From positions 1-64,000 of IMG/VR virus record IMGVR_UViG_3300049459_000229: a DNA stretch of 64,000 bases. The stretch is one strand, 5' to 3'. The position numbers and the translations under genes were made by a program. The notes under the pieces are model-generated. The model made no database searches and was not told the DNA's origin. It was given only the letters and a program-made list of their open reading frames with translations. Below, piece after piece: positions 26,703-36,030 of the stretch. Numbering within the stretch: position 1 is the stretch's first letter; the number at the start of each line of letters is the position of its first letter. This DNA comes from a virus.

Positions 26703-27068
26703 ATGTACTGCCCCGACTACACCATCAAGTTCGTCATCAAATCCTCCGAAAGCGTCGATACGCTGGTCAGTGCTCTGCAGGCCGTCTACGACAATAACGG
26801 CCCATCCGGCAACTTCACCATCGAAGCTATTAACCTCAAGTCGGACTGGCGCTACTTCACCTTCACCCGCAGCCTGGAACTGGATGCCGAGGACATCGTC
26901 GAGCGCATGGCCAAGTCCTACTTCAACCTCACGGCGCGTGAAGCTGCCTGTCAGCTGCTTAGCGAGGAGCTGTCGAGTGCCGGCGCCGACAGTGCTCTGG
27001 TGAAGGAGCTTGTATCGGAGTTGCGCGCCGCCGGAGTAGCCTTCCCGCAGCCCGAGGAACAGCCATGA
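26703..27068 (+). CDS. Hypothetical protein
   Basis: SD AAGGA. Confidence 0.7.
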   Translation: MYCPDYTIKFVIKSSESVDTLVSALQAVYDNNGPSGNFTIEAINLKSDWRYFTFTRSLELDAEDIVERMAKSYFNLTAREAACQLLSEELSSAGADSALVKELVSELRAAGVAFPQPEEQP

Positions 27069-27334
27069 CCATCCCCGCCAACCTCACCCACGCCGAAGTC
27101 GGCGCCTTCCTCATGGCCGTCGGCCAGCACATGATCGACCACGATGTGTGCGCCGAGGCTGTGGTGCAGCCGGAAGACGTGCGCGACAACCTGCCCTACG
27201 CCGAGAATCTGGCGCACAGCATGATCGACGCCTACATCTACCTGCCGATGCACCCGGGCCGCGCCCTCGAGATCTTGCAAAGCCTCACGCTAGAGGAGGC
27301 GATCGCCTTCGTCCAGTTGCCGAAAGGACTCTGA
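27065..27334 (+). CDS. Hypothetical protein
   Basis: Coupled array. Confidence 0.7.
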   Translation: MTIPANLTHAEVGAFLMAVGQHMIDHDVCAEAVVQPEDVRDNLPYAENLAHSMIDAYIYLPMHPGRALEILQSLTLEEAIAFVQLPKGL

Positions 27335-27546
27335 TGACCACCACCCTCTACTACCTGACCCGCACCGCCAGCAGCCTGGTCGAGCTGCGCCAGCAGCGCT
27401 ACCGCGCGCAACTCGAGGCCGGCCGCGAGCACCCGCACGACGTGTGCGCCGTTGCCCGGAGCAAGACCGAGATGCGCGCCATGCTGGCGCGCTTTCGCTT
27501 CGGCCCGGTCGAATGGGACTCGATCGAGGAAGACTGCCATGCATAA
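27334..27546 (+). CDS. Hypothetical protein
   Basis: MTTTLYY; TGATG overlap. Confidence 0.65.
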   Translation: MTTTLYYLTRTASSLVELRQQRYRAQLEAGREHPHDVCAVARSKTEMRAMLARFRFGPVEWDSIEEDCHA

Positions 27547-27928
27547 TTACGTCCTCACCGTCAAGCACGACCGCGGCATCGTGCATATCCACACCACGGC
27601 CGACAGCGCTGACGGCGCGCGCCAGATCGTCATGGCTGCCGAGCGCTGCCCTGAGCGGGCTATCCGCCGCGTGCGTGCCTACGATGCCGACGGCTTCGAG
27701 CTCGACGCGCGCGGCCAGCGCAAGACCATCGCCGGCGCTACCGTGAACATGCACGAAAGCTTTTCGAAGAATGGCCAGAGCCGGCCTGACAAGGTGCCCA
27801 CGCGCTGGGAGATCCAGCTGCCCGGCGACGTGCGCTGGCGCCGCGTCTACAGCACCCGGCACTCCGGGCTGCGTTACATCACCCTCGACGGCCTGAAGGT
27901 CGTCGTTTCACTTCCGGAGGCACTATGA
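27539..27928 (+). CDS. Hypothetical protein
   Basis: MHNYVLTVKHDRG; KVPTRWEI..RWRRVY module. Confidence 0.7.
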   Translation: MHNYVLTVKHDRGIVHIHTTADSADGARQIVMAAERCPERAIRRVRAYDADGFELDARGQRKTIAGATVNMHESFSKNGQSRPDKVPTRWEIQLPGDVRWRRVYSTRHSGLRYITLDGLKVVVSLPEAL

Positions 27929-28140
27929 ACGAAGCACATCTCGAAGCGGCGCGCGCTGCGGCCGCAGAATTCATCGCAGCCAGCAGAACCCTGCAGCTCT
28001 GGCAGGCCGAGGCCCGGCAGGTCGCGGCCGGCACTTCAGCTGCGCCGTATGACGTGGTACTGGAGCGGATCGCCAGCAACGAGTCGATCGTCGTCGGCAG
28101 GGCCGAGGTCCTGCGACTTGCGCTGGGAGCGCTGGAATGA
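27925..28140 (+). CDS. Hypothetical protein
   Basis: SD GGAGG; coupled. Confidence 0.7.
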   Translation: MNEAHLEAARAAAAEFIAASRTLQLWQAEARQVAAGTSAAPYDVVLERIASNESIVVGRAEVLRLALGALE

Positions 28141-28385
28141 TCACCTATCTGATCGCGCCGGCTCTGACCGACCAGGCCGGCCAGTGCCGCATCGTCGCGC
28201 GCCACCACGGCCCGCACTTCAAGCCCGACCTCGCCAACTATCGGCAGGCGCCCACCGCCTGGTCCGAGGCCGGCATCATGGACAGCCGCGGTAAGCTGGT
28301 CTGCCTGTCCAACTCTGAGCACTTCAAAGACATGCAGGCCTGTGAGCCGCTGGCTGCTGGCACCACCTTCACCTATGAGGACTGA
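28137..28385 (+). CDS. Hypothetical protein
   Basis: Coupled array. Confidence 0.7.
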   Translation: MITYLIAPALTDQAGQCRIVARHHGPHFKPDLANYRQAPTAWSEAGIMDSRGKLVCLSNSEHFKDMQACEPLAAGTTFTYED

Positions 28386-28386
28386 C

Positions 28387-28539
28387 ATGACCAATCAGGA
28401 TCGCAGCGAATTTCAGGACTACCTGCAGGCCTGCACCGATGATCAGGTGTGGGGTGTGTACGAAAAAGAGCGCGCCGCCGGCCGCTACGACTATGCTGAG
28501 CTGGCGCATGCCGAGCTGGTGCGGAGGCGGCTCGAATGA
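28387..28539 (+). CDS. Hypothetical protein (50 aa)
   Basis: SD GAGG, MTNQDR. Confidence 0.65.
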   Translation: MTNQDRSEFQDYLQACTDDQVWGVYEKERAAGRYDYAELAHAELVRRRLE

Positions 28540-28587
28540 GCCGCCTCGCCGGCACTGACGCCATTTTCATTCTGTGAAAGGGCAGCC

Positions 28588-28794
28588 ATGAAACCCATCG
28601 AAGAACGCACCGTCTTCGTCACTGACGACGGTCAGCAGCACGCCACGCGGCAGGCTGCGGAGAGTCACAACTACTACCAGGACCTTGTCGACCGGCTGAG
28701 GCAGGATGTAGACCTTGCCGGCGCCGACTTCACCAGCCACGAGGAGATCGTCCTGTGGTTCACTACTCGCTTTAAATTGGAACCGAAACCATGA
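28588..28794 (+). CDS. Hypothetical protein
   Basis: FVTDDGQQHATRQAAESH motif. Confidence 0.7.
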   Translation: MKPIEERTVFVTDDGQQHATRQAAESHNYYQDLVDRLRQDVDLAGADFTSHEEIVLWFTTRFKLEPKP

Positions 28795-29240
28795 AATCTA
28801 TCACCCCTAGCATGCTGCAGGCTGCTGCCCAAATTAACGACCTCGACGAGGCCCTGCGCAGCGTGATGGATGTTGTCGGCATCGACGACGGCGGCGTGGC
28901 CGCTCTGGTGTTTTCTGGCGATGACTGGAACGCGCGCTGGCCGGACGAGCACCATAATAGTCGAATGGCCATGCTCAGAAAGTGGGCTGACGCTGAAGAG
29001 TCCTACGCTGGCCCGGGCGGCCCAGCCCTGCCACCTGACCCCGACGAACTGAACGACAAGCGTGCTGAATGGGCCGACCGTGCCATCGTCGAATTTCAGG
29101 ATGCCACCGGCACCGACCGCGAAGACGCGCTGGCTGACCTGCTGTGCAATCTGATGCACTGGTGTGACCGCAACGGCTTCGGCTTCGACGAAGAGCTCGA
29201 GCACGGCCGCGGCATGTACCAGGACGAGGTGCGGCCGTGA
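28791..29240 (+). CDS. Hypothetical protein
   Basis: RAEWA...LADLLCNLMHWCD motif. Confidence 0.75.
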   Translation: MKSITPSMLQAAAQINDLDEALRSVMDVVGIDDGGVAALVFSGDDWNARWPDEHHNSRMAMLRKWADAEESYAGPGGPALPPDPDELNDKRAEWADRAIVEFQDATGTDREDALADLLCNLMHWCDRNGFGFDEELEHGRGMYQDEVRP

Positions 29241-29428
29241 ACGGCCGCTACACGATCGAGACCTGGGAACTTGCCAAGTCCCGGTTCTATGGCGTCGTGG
29301 CTCCGCTGCGGGAGCGCCTGCCCAAGCTTCTGGAGGACCCGGACATCGCTGCCGCGGTGTCTGCCATTCGTAACGCCGAGCGCGCAATCGAAGCGCGTGT
29401 GCAGGAACTTCTCAAGGACCCAACATGA
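29237..29428 (+). CDS. Hypothetical protein
   Basis: GTGA-coupled. Confidence 0.65.
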   Translation: MNGRYTIETWELAKSRFYGVVAPLRERLPKLLEDPDIAAAVSAIRNAERAIEARVQELLKDPT

Positions 29429-29820
29429 TCATCTCCCAACCCAACGACGGCCGCGGCCTGCTCTACCACATCGTCAACCTGCTTGGCCAGACCGTGCACG
29501 CCTACCGCGACCTCGATGCGGTGATCCTCTCGCGCGAGGGTGACCAGCGCATCTGCATCCAGATCGAGGCCAGTGGCCGCTGGCTGACCGACGTGCCGGC
29601 GCCGCTCGTGCCAGTCAACGGTGGACCATACCGCGCTGACCTGGCGCGCGCCGACCGCCTGCTCTCCGCCGACGAGCTGCGCGATAAGTACACCACTGCC
29701 AAGGACTGCGGCGAGCACCCGCAGTACCGGCGTTTCGATTGGCGCCACGAGGTAAATTCCGACAGCACCGTGCGCGGCTACTGGGACTGGGTCGCAGCGC
29801 AGCTGGAGGAAGAAGAGTGA
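29425..29820 (+). CDS. Hypothetical protein
   Basis: GEHPQY..DWRHEV..TVRGYWDWV motif. Confidence 0.75.
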   Translation: MIISQPNDGRGLLYHIVNLLGQTVHAYRDLDAVILSREGDQRICIQIEASGRWLTDVPAPLVPVNGGPYRADLARADRLLSADELRDKYTTAKDCGEHPQYRRFDWRHEVNSDSTVRGYWDWVAAQLEEEE

Positions 29821-30104
29821 CCCCACCCATCACCCGCGAGCAGTTCGAGCCGCTGCGCCCGATGCTGGAGAACCTCCACAAGAAGACCCGGCCGCGCATG
29901 CACGACCTGTACGACGTCGTCTGCGCTATCCTGGCGCGCGAACAGCATGGCCTGACCTGGCGCACGCTGCCGGCCGGCTCGCCGCCGTGGCGCACCGTGC
30001 ACGAATATCACGCCCAGTGGACGATGCCCGGCCGCGACGGCGCCGAGCCTGTCATGTCCCATATCTACCGGACGCTGCAAGGCGTCTGGCCGCCCAAGGA
30101 GTAA
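29817..30104 (+). CDS. Stand-alone IS5-family transposase N-terminal (DUF4096-like) domain
   Basis: ITREQFEPLRPML..KTRPR..LYDVVCAIL...GLTWRTLPAGSPPWRTVHEYHAQW; no DDE domain follows. Confidence 0.7.
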   Translation: MTPPITREQFEPLRPMLENLHKKTRPRMHDLYDVVCAILAREQHGLTWRTLPAGSPPWRTVHEYHAQWTMPGRDGAEPVMSHIYRTLQGVWPPKE

Positions 30105-30107
30105 ATC

Positions 30108-30449
30108 ATGCCCTACCAGGAAATGCACGTCGATCCCGACCTGTACATCATGCAAGCCGGTGTTGCGATCTACCACGCCTACAAGGACGACGATTACAGC
30201 GGCGGCCCGCTGAAGTACCACTTCACGACCAACGCCAGCGACGACAGCGCCGAATTTAAGTTCGACGTGCGCGACCTCGACTCGGTGCACCTGCTGGGCC
30301 AGCACCCGCCCTTCATCACCAGCGCCAACAACACGCCGGAGCTGAAAGAGGCCTGGTGCCGCTGGCACGATGTCGAAGAGCCGGATCACATCCGCGCCAT
30401 CATCATGGCGTCGATCGACGCCGGCCTACTCACCAATCCCAAGGACTGA
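30108..30449 (+). CDS. Hypothetical protein
   Basis: SD AAGGAG. Confidence 0.75.
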   Translation: MPYQEMHVDPDLYIMQAGVAIYHAYKDDDYSGGPLKYHFTTNASDDSAEFKFDVRDLDSVHLLGQHPPFITSANNTPELKEAWCRWHDVEEPDHIRAIIMASIDAGLLTNPKD

Positions 30450-30452
30450 CCA

Positions 30453-30875
30453 ATGAAGCCTTCCCTCTACGCCCTCACCGACGCCGAACATGCCACCGTG
30501 CTGGCCGCGCTGCGTGACTATCAGGACTACCTGACGGTCCATGGCGCACCTCGTGCTGACCTGCACGATATCGCCACCAACGGTGGTGCCATTGCGCCGC
30601 TCGATGACGACCAGGTTGACCGGCTGTGCGAAAGCCTGAACCACGAAGGCCTGACGTTTGGCGAGGTCGTCAATCTGCTGGGCGACGACGAGCAAGCCCC
30701 GCACGCAGCTGGCGCGAACAAGCACCGGCTCGTGCAGGAGGGCACGCTTGAAGTAGACCCGGTGACCGTCGTTTCGCGTAGCGCCGACGGCGGCGCTTAT
30801 GTCATGTGCTGGCTGTGGGTTTCCGACGAGCTGGCCGGCGTTGAACCGGAGCCTACTGGTATGCAGGAGGGCTGA
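30453..30875 (+). CDS. Hypothetical protein
   Basis: EHATVLAALRDYQ and GAYVMCWLWV modules. Confidence 0.75.
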   Translation: MKPSLYALTDAEHATVLAALRDYQDYLTVHGAPRADLHDIATNGGAIAPLDDDQVDRLCESLNHEGLTFGEVVNLLGDDEQAPHAAGANKHRLVQEGTLEVDPVTVVSRSADGGAYVMCWLWVSDELAGVEPEPTGMQEG

Positions 30876-30876
30876 C

Positions 30877-31140
30877 ATGCGCTTCAACTCGTCCGAAGAA
30901 GTCCTCGCGTGGGCTGAGAAGGTGGCGCGCGAAGACATCGCCCGCCACCGTGAGCACAACATCGACCTCAACCCGTTCTGCACCCAAGGTGCCCGCAACG
31001 ACTGGCAGCGCGGCTTCGACAACGCCGGGCCGCGCAGCTACGAAGGGCCGCGCGACTTTGACACCATCTACCAGCGCGGCCGCGCCGTGGCGCGCCTGCT
31101 GGAGCAGGAAGCTGCCGCCAACAAGGAGAACGACAAATGA
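30877..31140 (+). CDS. Hypothetical protein
   Basis: SD AGGAGG; NPFC..WQRGF. Confidence 0.7.
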   Translation: MRFNSSEEVLAWAEKVAREDIARHREHNIDLNPFCTQGARNDWQRGFDNAGPRSYEGPRDFDTIYQRGRAVARLLEQEAAANKENDK

Positions 31141-31322
31141 CTCACCGCCTTACCCTGCGCCTGACGCTCGACATCACCTACGACGTCGGCGATGCCGACT
31201 CGCGCGACCTCGAAGACAACCTGCTGGGTCTGGCGACGCGCGGCTGCCGCGAAGGCCTGTTTACCGGCAGCCTGGATGCGACCGTGGTGGTCGCCAACCC
31301 TTCCGTGGAGATTCTCGAATGA
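31137..31322 (+). CDS. Hypothetical protein
   Basis: Coupled array. Confidence 0.7.
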   Translation: MTHRLTLRLTLDITYDVGDADSRDLEDNLLGLATRGCREGLFTGSLDATVVVANPSVEILE

Positions 31323-31780
31323 AGCACCAATTCACCCTCACCGTTGGCACCGACGCCACGCTGCAGCAGGACCAGGTTTGCCAGTTGGTGCAAGACACGC
31401 TGGAAGTTGGGCAGTCCCGTGCTGAGACCTACGCCAAGACTGGCGCAGGCGCCGGCATGGCATTTGCTCAGGCCGACGCCATCCGCAAGATGGAATTCAC
31501 CCTCGTCCCGGTGCCGGCGCCGACCACGCAGCTGGCGGCCGAGGCGCGCCTGTTCGTCATGGCACTGGACGAGATGGGCTTTGGCGCCGACGACCCGATC
31601 AACGGTGGCGACTGCGTCGAATTCATCGACCAGCACCAGGCGCTGCTGCGGCGTCTGCCGGCGCTGGCCGAACTTGCGGGCGCGGTCGATACCTTCCTCG
31701 CGGCCCGCGTGCCGAAAGACGGCAGCTACAGCCAGATCATCGTGCCGCTGATCGCCGCCCACATGAGGGTGAAATCATGA
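31319..31780 (+). CDS. Hypothetical protein
   Basis: MKHQFTL; INGGDCVE motif. Confidence 0.7.
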   Translation: MKHQFTLTVGTDATLQQDQVCQLVQDTLEVGQSRAETYAKTGAGAGMAFAQADAIRKMEFTLVPVPAPTTQLAAEARLFVMALDEMGFGADDPINGGDCVEFIDQHQALLRRLPALAELAGAVDTFLAARVPKDGSYSQIIVPLIAAHMRVKS

Positions 31781-32034
31781 ACTCGCCCAGCAATCGCATG
31801 CTGCAGGCGTTACAGCTCGCCGTGGCTGCGCAGCGCGCGGTCCACGAGACGCTGAACGATCTAGAGGACGCGATCACGTCCAATGGCCTGAACGAGGCCC
31901 AGCAGGAGCTGCTGGCCGAGGAGGTAACCGACCTTGCGCTGGGCGACCCACTGATCGACGGGCTGATCGACCGGCCTGTTAGCAGAGAGGATCTGGAGTC
32001 GATCCTGCGTGCACTCGCAGCGGAGGCGCCGTGA
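31777..32034 (+). CDS. Hypothetical protein
   Basis: Coupled array. Confidence 0.7.
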   Translation: MNSPSNRMLQALQLAVAAQRAVHETLNDLEDAITSNGLNEAQQELLAEEVTDLALGDPLIDGLIDRPVSREDLESILRALAAEAP

Positions 32035-32228
32035 AGGAATCCGACATCGTCTACGAGGTCGACCGTTTCTGGGTGCTTCGTGACCTCAAGCGCCATGGCT
32101 ACACGGTGTTCGAGTCCGGCATCACCCACTCCACCAGCGATAGCACCTACCCGCTTGACGATGCTGGCCTGAGTCTGGCCAAGGCGCGCGTCGACTACCT
32201 CGCTAAACACAGAAAGGAACTGACATGA
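32031..32228 (+). CDS. Hypothetical protein
   Basis: Coupled array. Confidence 0.7.
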   Translation: MKESDIVYEVDRFWVLRDLKRHGYTVFESGITHSTSDSTYPLDDAGLSLAKARVDYLAKHRKELT

Positions 32229-32539
32229 AAGATCAACCCGTATCCGAGCGCATCGCTGCGCTCGACGACACCAGCAAGACACCTGAACGCAAGGCGTACG
32301 AACTGCAGGCGGACTACACGATGCGCGGCCTGCTCGCTGCGCGCCGCGAGCTCCTCGGCCTGATCGTGGGCGCCGAGGAGCGCGGCATCGTCCTGACGAT
32401 CGACCTGCAGTCGCTGCAGCCGCCGGCGATGGGCAGGACGCAGATGATCGGCGACGTGCGCATCTCCCGCGAGCGCCAGCGCGAGCTGGAAGAGCTGCGC
32501 AAGGCGGCCGAGAAGTCGGAGGAGGTGCGCGATGCGTGA
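32225..32539 (+). CDS. Hypothetical protein
   Basis: Coupled array. Confidence 0.7.
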   Translation: MKDQPVSERIAALDDTSKTPERKAYELQADYTMRGLLAARRELLGLIVGAEERGIVLTIDLQSLQPPAMGRTQMIGDVRISRERQRELEELRKAAEKSEEVRDA

Positions 32540-32765
32540 TTTCTATATCGTCGAGGGCGGCGCCGACCATCCGCAGGGTGTCAACTGGAGGCAGGTGAGC
32601 AGTGGTCGCGATGTGATTAACTACGCCATCTACCATCGCACGGATCTGGAGCCTACCGCCGTCCTGGCTGGCATCGTCGGCGCGCTGCTGGAGCGCGCGG
32701 CGGTCAGCAACCGCGACATGATGGACCTGTGCGGCCTGCAGCAGTTTCGGATCGAGGGGTACTGA
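32532..32765 (+). CDS. Hypothetical protein
   Basis: SD GGAGG. Confidence 0.7.
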   Translation: MRDFYIVEGGADHPQGVNWRQVSSGRDVINYAIYHRTDLEPTAVLAGIVGALLERAAVSNRDMMDLCGLQQFRIEGY

Positions 32766-32766
32766 T

Positions 32767-33045
32767 ATGCAAGTTACCGTCTACCGCCGCCCTCATGGGC
32801 GCTACACCGTCATCGACTGCCAGAATGTCTACCCCGAAGACAAGGCCTGGTTCGAAGCCCACAACGTCAAGGTCAGCATGGAGGAGGACGGCATGCCAGG
32901 CAACCCCAACTACATCTTCTATGCCGACATCGGCCGCAAGGACGAGGACGGCGAGCCGGATGAGGTCATCGAGCTCTCGCAGGGCCGCGCCTGCGACGAG
33001 ACCCTTGCCGCGTTGCGGCGCCAGTGTGAGGAGGCGCTGACATGA
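32767..33045 (+). CDS. Hypothetical acidic protein
   Basis: Array member. Confidence 0.7.
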   Translation: MQVTVYRRPHGRYTVIDCQNVYPEDKAWFEAHNVKVSMEEDGMPGNPNYIFYADIGRKDEDGEPDEVIELSQGRACDETLAALRRQCEEALT

Positions 33046-33287
33046 GCCTGACCAACGGCCACGTATGGGCCGGCTACAGCGATCCGGAAACTCGCGTGCC
33101 AGCTTATCCACTGAAGGTCGGCTCGAGTCGCGCCGGCGAGACCGGTACCGCGGTCTGGGATTCAGCTGGTGCCTGGATGGCCACCTTCCGCAACTCCGAA
33201 GACGCCCAGATGTATATCGAGAATGGTGTACGCCGCGCTGCCCAGATTAAGAAATGCCAGCCTAAATTTTTGAAAGGAAAAGCATGA
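33042..33287 (+). CDS. Hypothetical protein
   Basis: Coupled array. Confidence 0.65.
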   Translation: MSLTNGHVWAGYSDPETRVPAYPLKVGSSRAGETGTAVWDSAGAWMATFRNSEDAQMYIENGVRRAAQIKKCQPKFLKGKA

Positions 33288-33802
33288 CCAAGAAATATTA
33301 CAAGACCAGTGCACCGGCGGTGCTGACTGCGCTCGCCGAGCGCAACGAAAAACTGACGGCGCTGCGCCTGCGTGGCGAAGCATTCCAGAAGCACTTCGGC
33401 GCCAAGAATCTGGTCGTCAGCAGCAGCACAGAAGGCTATCGCATCCGCGGCCTGCAGTTCGATCCGCCGAAGGACCGTCGTCTGTGGACGGTACCGGATC
33501 ACGAGCATCTGGACATGCAGCGGCCGCGCCAGTCGATTACGAAGGCGACGCCTGACGAGAAGGCCGAACTGGCGCGCCTGAAGGCGGAATGGAAGGAGCA
33601 CTTCCCGACCGGCGATGTGCCGTTCGAGCCGGTGCTGACAGCGATGGGAACGACCTGGGTCGCTCTGATCTTCGGCGCTGGCTTCCACATGCATGAGCGC
33701 GATGGTGCGGTCTACGTGGCGACAGCAGCCAAGTTGAACGATCTGATGGTCGAGATCCTGGCCAGCGAGTACGAGGCCGCAACAGCGAAGGAGACGGCAT
33801 GA
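33284..33802 (+). CDS. Hypothetical phage protein
   Basis: 172 aa; SD AAGGA; C-terminal EILASEY. Confidence 0.8.
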   Translation: MTKKYYKTSAPAVLTALAERNEKLTALRLRGEAFQKHFGAKNLVVSSSTEGYRIRGLQFDPPKDRRLWTVPDHEHLDMQRPRQSITKATPDEKAELARLKAEWKEHFPTGDVPFEPVLTAMGTTWVALIFGAGFHMHERDGAVYVATAAKLNDLMVEILASEYEAATAKETA

Positions 33803-34113
33803 AAATCACACGCGGCTTTGTCGCCGTCCAGCCGGACGGCCAGTTCCTGTACATCAGCGCGACGCAGACCCATGTCGGTCACCGCGTGCACATCTCGCCG
33901 GTTTCCGATATCGATGACGCCACGGTGCGCATGCACCCCGGGCCGCGCGGCGGCGACCGCAAGGAGGCGGCCGCGCTGGCCGAGCTGAAGGTCACCTGGG
34001 TGCCGGTCGAAGTGCATCGCAATGTGGTCCTGCAGGGCTACGGCGTGGCGGACGAGCGCAAGGTCGGCATGAACCCTGCCCTCGCGGCGCCGTACGGCAG
34101 CAGCCATGAATAA
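33799..34113 (+). CDS. Hypothetical protein
   Basis: Coupled array. Confidence 0.7.
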   Translation: MKITRGFVAVQPDGQFLYISATQTHVGHRVHISPVSDIDDATVRMHPGPRGGDRKEAAALAELKVTWVPVEVHRNVVLQGYGVADERKVGMNPALAAPYGSSHE

Positions 34114-34339
34114 GCCTCGCACCCGCCCGGTCGGCGCCATGGCCATCGCGACTGTCACCGTCGAGATCAGCGGCCTCGGCAGCTGGGGCACCAGCTGCAG
34201 CGTCGAGCAGGTGCACCGGCAGGCCAGCGAGGAAGCTGTCGGCTTCCTGCGTAACCTTGTGGCCGGCAATCGCGGCGAGCACCGGCTGCGCATCATCGGC
34301 CAACCTGAAGTCAAAACTATCACCACGGAGAGAAAATGA
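34106..34339 (+). CDS. Hypothetical protein
   Basis: GSWGTSCSVEQVHRQA motif. Confidence 0.7.
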   Translation: MNKPRTRPVGAMAIATVTVEISGLGSWGTSCSVEQVHRQASEEAVGFLRNLVAGNRGEHRLRIIGQPEVKTITTERK

Positions 34340-34566
34340 CCCTTCCCGAACTGCTCGAGCGCGTGGGCGTCGACAACATTAATTTCCAGCTGCTGAACGC
34401 GTCGATGACGAATATCACGGCAACCAAACGTGACAGCAAAATCACCTTCCTGACCGACGCCCTGACGCCGAACAACGTCGCCACCGGCACCGGCCCGGTC
34501 GGCCTGATCGTCTGGTGCGATCGTGCCGCATGGGAGGCAGCCCTCTCGGAAGGAGATGCATCGTGA
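34336..34566 (+). CDS. Hypothetical phage protein
   Basis: VGVDNINFQLL...ITFLTD. Confidence 0.75.
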   Translation: MTLPELLERVGVDNINFQLLNASMTNITATKRDSKITFLTDALTPNNVATGTGPVGLIVWCDRAAWEAALSEGDAS

Positions 34567-34949
34567 GCACCTACAAGAACGGCCCCGGCAATGTGCCGCG
34601 GCTGCCCGACCGCGTGGTCGACACCCTGATCGACGCCGCTGGTGTGCCTCGCCAGATTTTCAGTGTCAACGGCCACCGAAGCGATAAACTCGACAAGACC
34701 GCCAATGTCGAGCGTCTGGTCCACGACACCTGCGAAGAGCTGCTGGCGCGCCTGCCGGCGCCGGACGAAGACGGCGAACGATTCCGCTTCATGTTGGCTG
34801 CTGCCGGCGACCGGAACAGCCGCGCCGCGCAAGCCATGGACCGCTTCAGCAACGAGCTTGACGACGACGATCCGCGGCCGCACACCGAGCAACTGGTCGA
34901 GATTATTGACAAGGGGCGGGCCTGGGTCGCGGCAGGAGGCCAGGCATGA
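34563..34949 (+). CDS. Hypothetical protein
   Basis: GTG start, SD AAGGAG. Confidence 0.65.
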   Translation: MSTYKNGPGNVPRLPDRVVDTLIDAAGVPRQIFSVNGHRSDKLDKTANVERLVHDTCEELLARLPAPDEDGERFRFMLAAAGDRNSRAAQAMDRFSNELDDDDPRPHTEQLVEIIDKGRAWVAAGGQA

Positions 34950-35170
34950 GCCTCCTGAAAGAACACCTTGCCTACATGGCCAGGGTCCGTGCGCACGGCG
35001 GCCGAATCCTCGCCTATCGACCACCGTGCTGCAACACCGAGACGGAGACGAAGGCGCCAGTCGACGACGACGATGTCTGGGATTCGCTGACCACCTGTCC
35101 GCACTGCGGTGCGCTCGGCATGAAGATCGTGACCCGCAACACTGTCGAAATTCGCTTACTGGAGGCTTGA
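34946..35170 (+). CDS. Zinc-ribbon protein
   Basis: PPCC...TCPHCG. Confidence 0.7.
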   Translation: MSLLKEHLAYMARVRAHGGRILAYRPPCCNTETETKAPVDDDDVWDSLTTCPHCGALGMKIVTRNTVEIRLLEA

Positions 35171-35171
35171 A

Positions 35172-35819
35172 ATGAAAACCCAAACCCACTCCCGCACCAC
35201 CTACACCATCCCCGGCACCGACATCGAGGTCGAGCTGCCGGTCACGCCCGACAGCATCATGGACTTCAAGGCGCCGCTGGTCCGGATCACCGATGACCAG
35301 ATCATCCTCGGCTACCTGGCGCACGACGATGACTGTGAGAATCCGCTGGAAGACGATGAGTACGCCGGCTACATCTACGAGGCGCGCCGCCGCGGCAAGA
35401 CCCTGCGCGACTACGAGCGCGCGCTCGCCCTAGGCGATTTCGAGGACGACGAGCGTGACCCCTACGCCGTGCTGCTGGACGTCTATGAGCATGGCGGCAT
35501 CTCCTATAGCCTGGCCGGCGCCGGTATGCAGTCCCAGTTCGATACGGCGCGCGGCGGCGCCGTCTGGGTGCCGGGTGACCTGCTGCGCAAGGACATCGAG
35601 GCGCATGCCGACCCGATGGCTCGGGCGCGCGAGTGCGCCAAGATCGACGCTGAGCAGTACACCGACTGGTGCAACGGCAACTGCTATTCGATTGTGGTCG
35701 TCACCTATGACAAGAAGGGTCAGCAGATCGACTGGAACACCTGCAGCGGCTATGTTGGCGACGATAACGCCTACGAGGCGCTGCAGGGGGCGATGCCGCG
35801 GGAGGTGGCCCATGGCTAA
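35172..35819 (+). CDS. Acidic hypothetical protein
   Basis: ENPLED..., VYEHGGISYS, YTDWCNGNCY, CSGYVG motifs recurrent in phages/plasmids. Confidence 0.8.
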   Translation: MKTQTHSRTTYTIPGTDIEVELPVTPDSIMDFKAPLVRITDDQIILGYLAHDDDCENPLEDDEYAGYIYEARRRGKTLRDYERALALGDFEDDERDPYAVLLDVYEHGGISYSLAGAGMQSQFDTARGGAVWVPGDLLRKDIEAHADPMARARECAKIDAEQYTDWCNGNCYSIVVVTYDKKGQQIDWNTCSGYVGDDNAYEALQGAMPREVAHG

Positions 35820-36030
35820 GCTGACGAGCGCGATGGTGCGCGAGCTGAACAGTATCAAGCAGGCTGCCGCAGAGGGTCTGCCGGCTCAGTTGAGAGACTT
35901 CGCCTGGCTGGCGGCGGACTCGTTCCTTGCTTGGCGGCCGGTCTATCTGGGCGAATTCACCCGCAAGCAGCTGCAGTCCCACATCGACACCTTGAAATAC
36001 CTAATCACCCTGGGAGTGCATGACCGATGA
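35812..36030 (+). CDS. Hypothetical protein
   Basis: SD GGAGG, MAKLTS. Confidence 0.65.
   Translation: MAKLTSAMVRELNSIKQAAAEGLPAQLRDFAWLAADSFLAWRPVYLGEFTRKQLQSHIDTLKYLITLGVHDR

Noticed and set aside
29817-30104. Active IS5 element
   Set aside because: No catalytic DDE domain or terminal inverted repeats visible.
32108-32117. GTTCGAGTCC T-loop-like motif suggesting a tRNA
   Set aside because: Inside a coding ORF with no cloverleaf or acceptor stem; no tRNA seen in the window.
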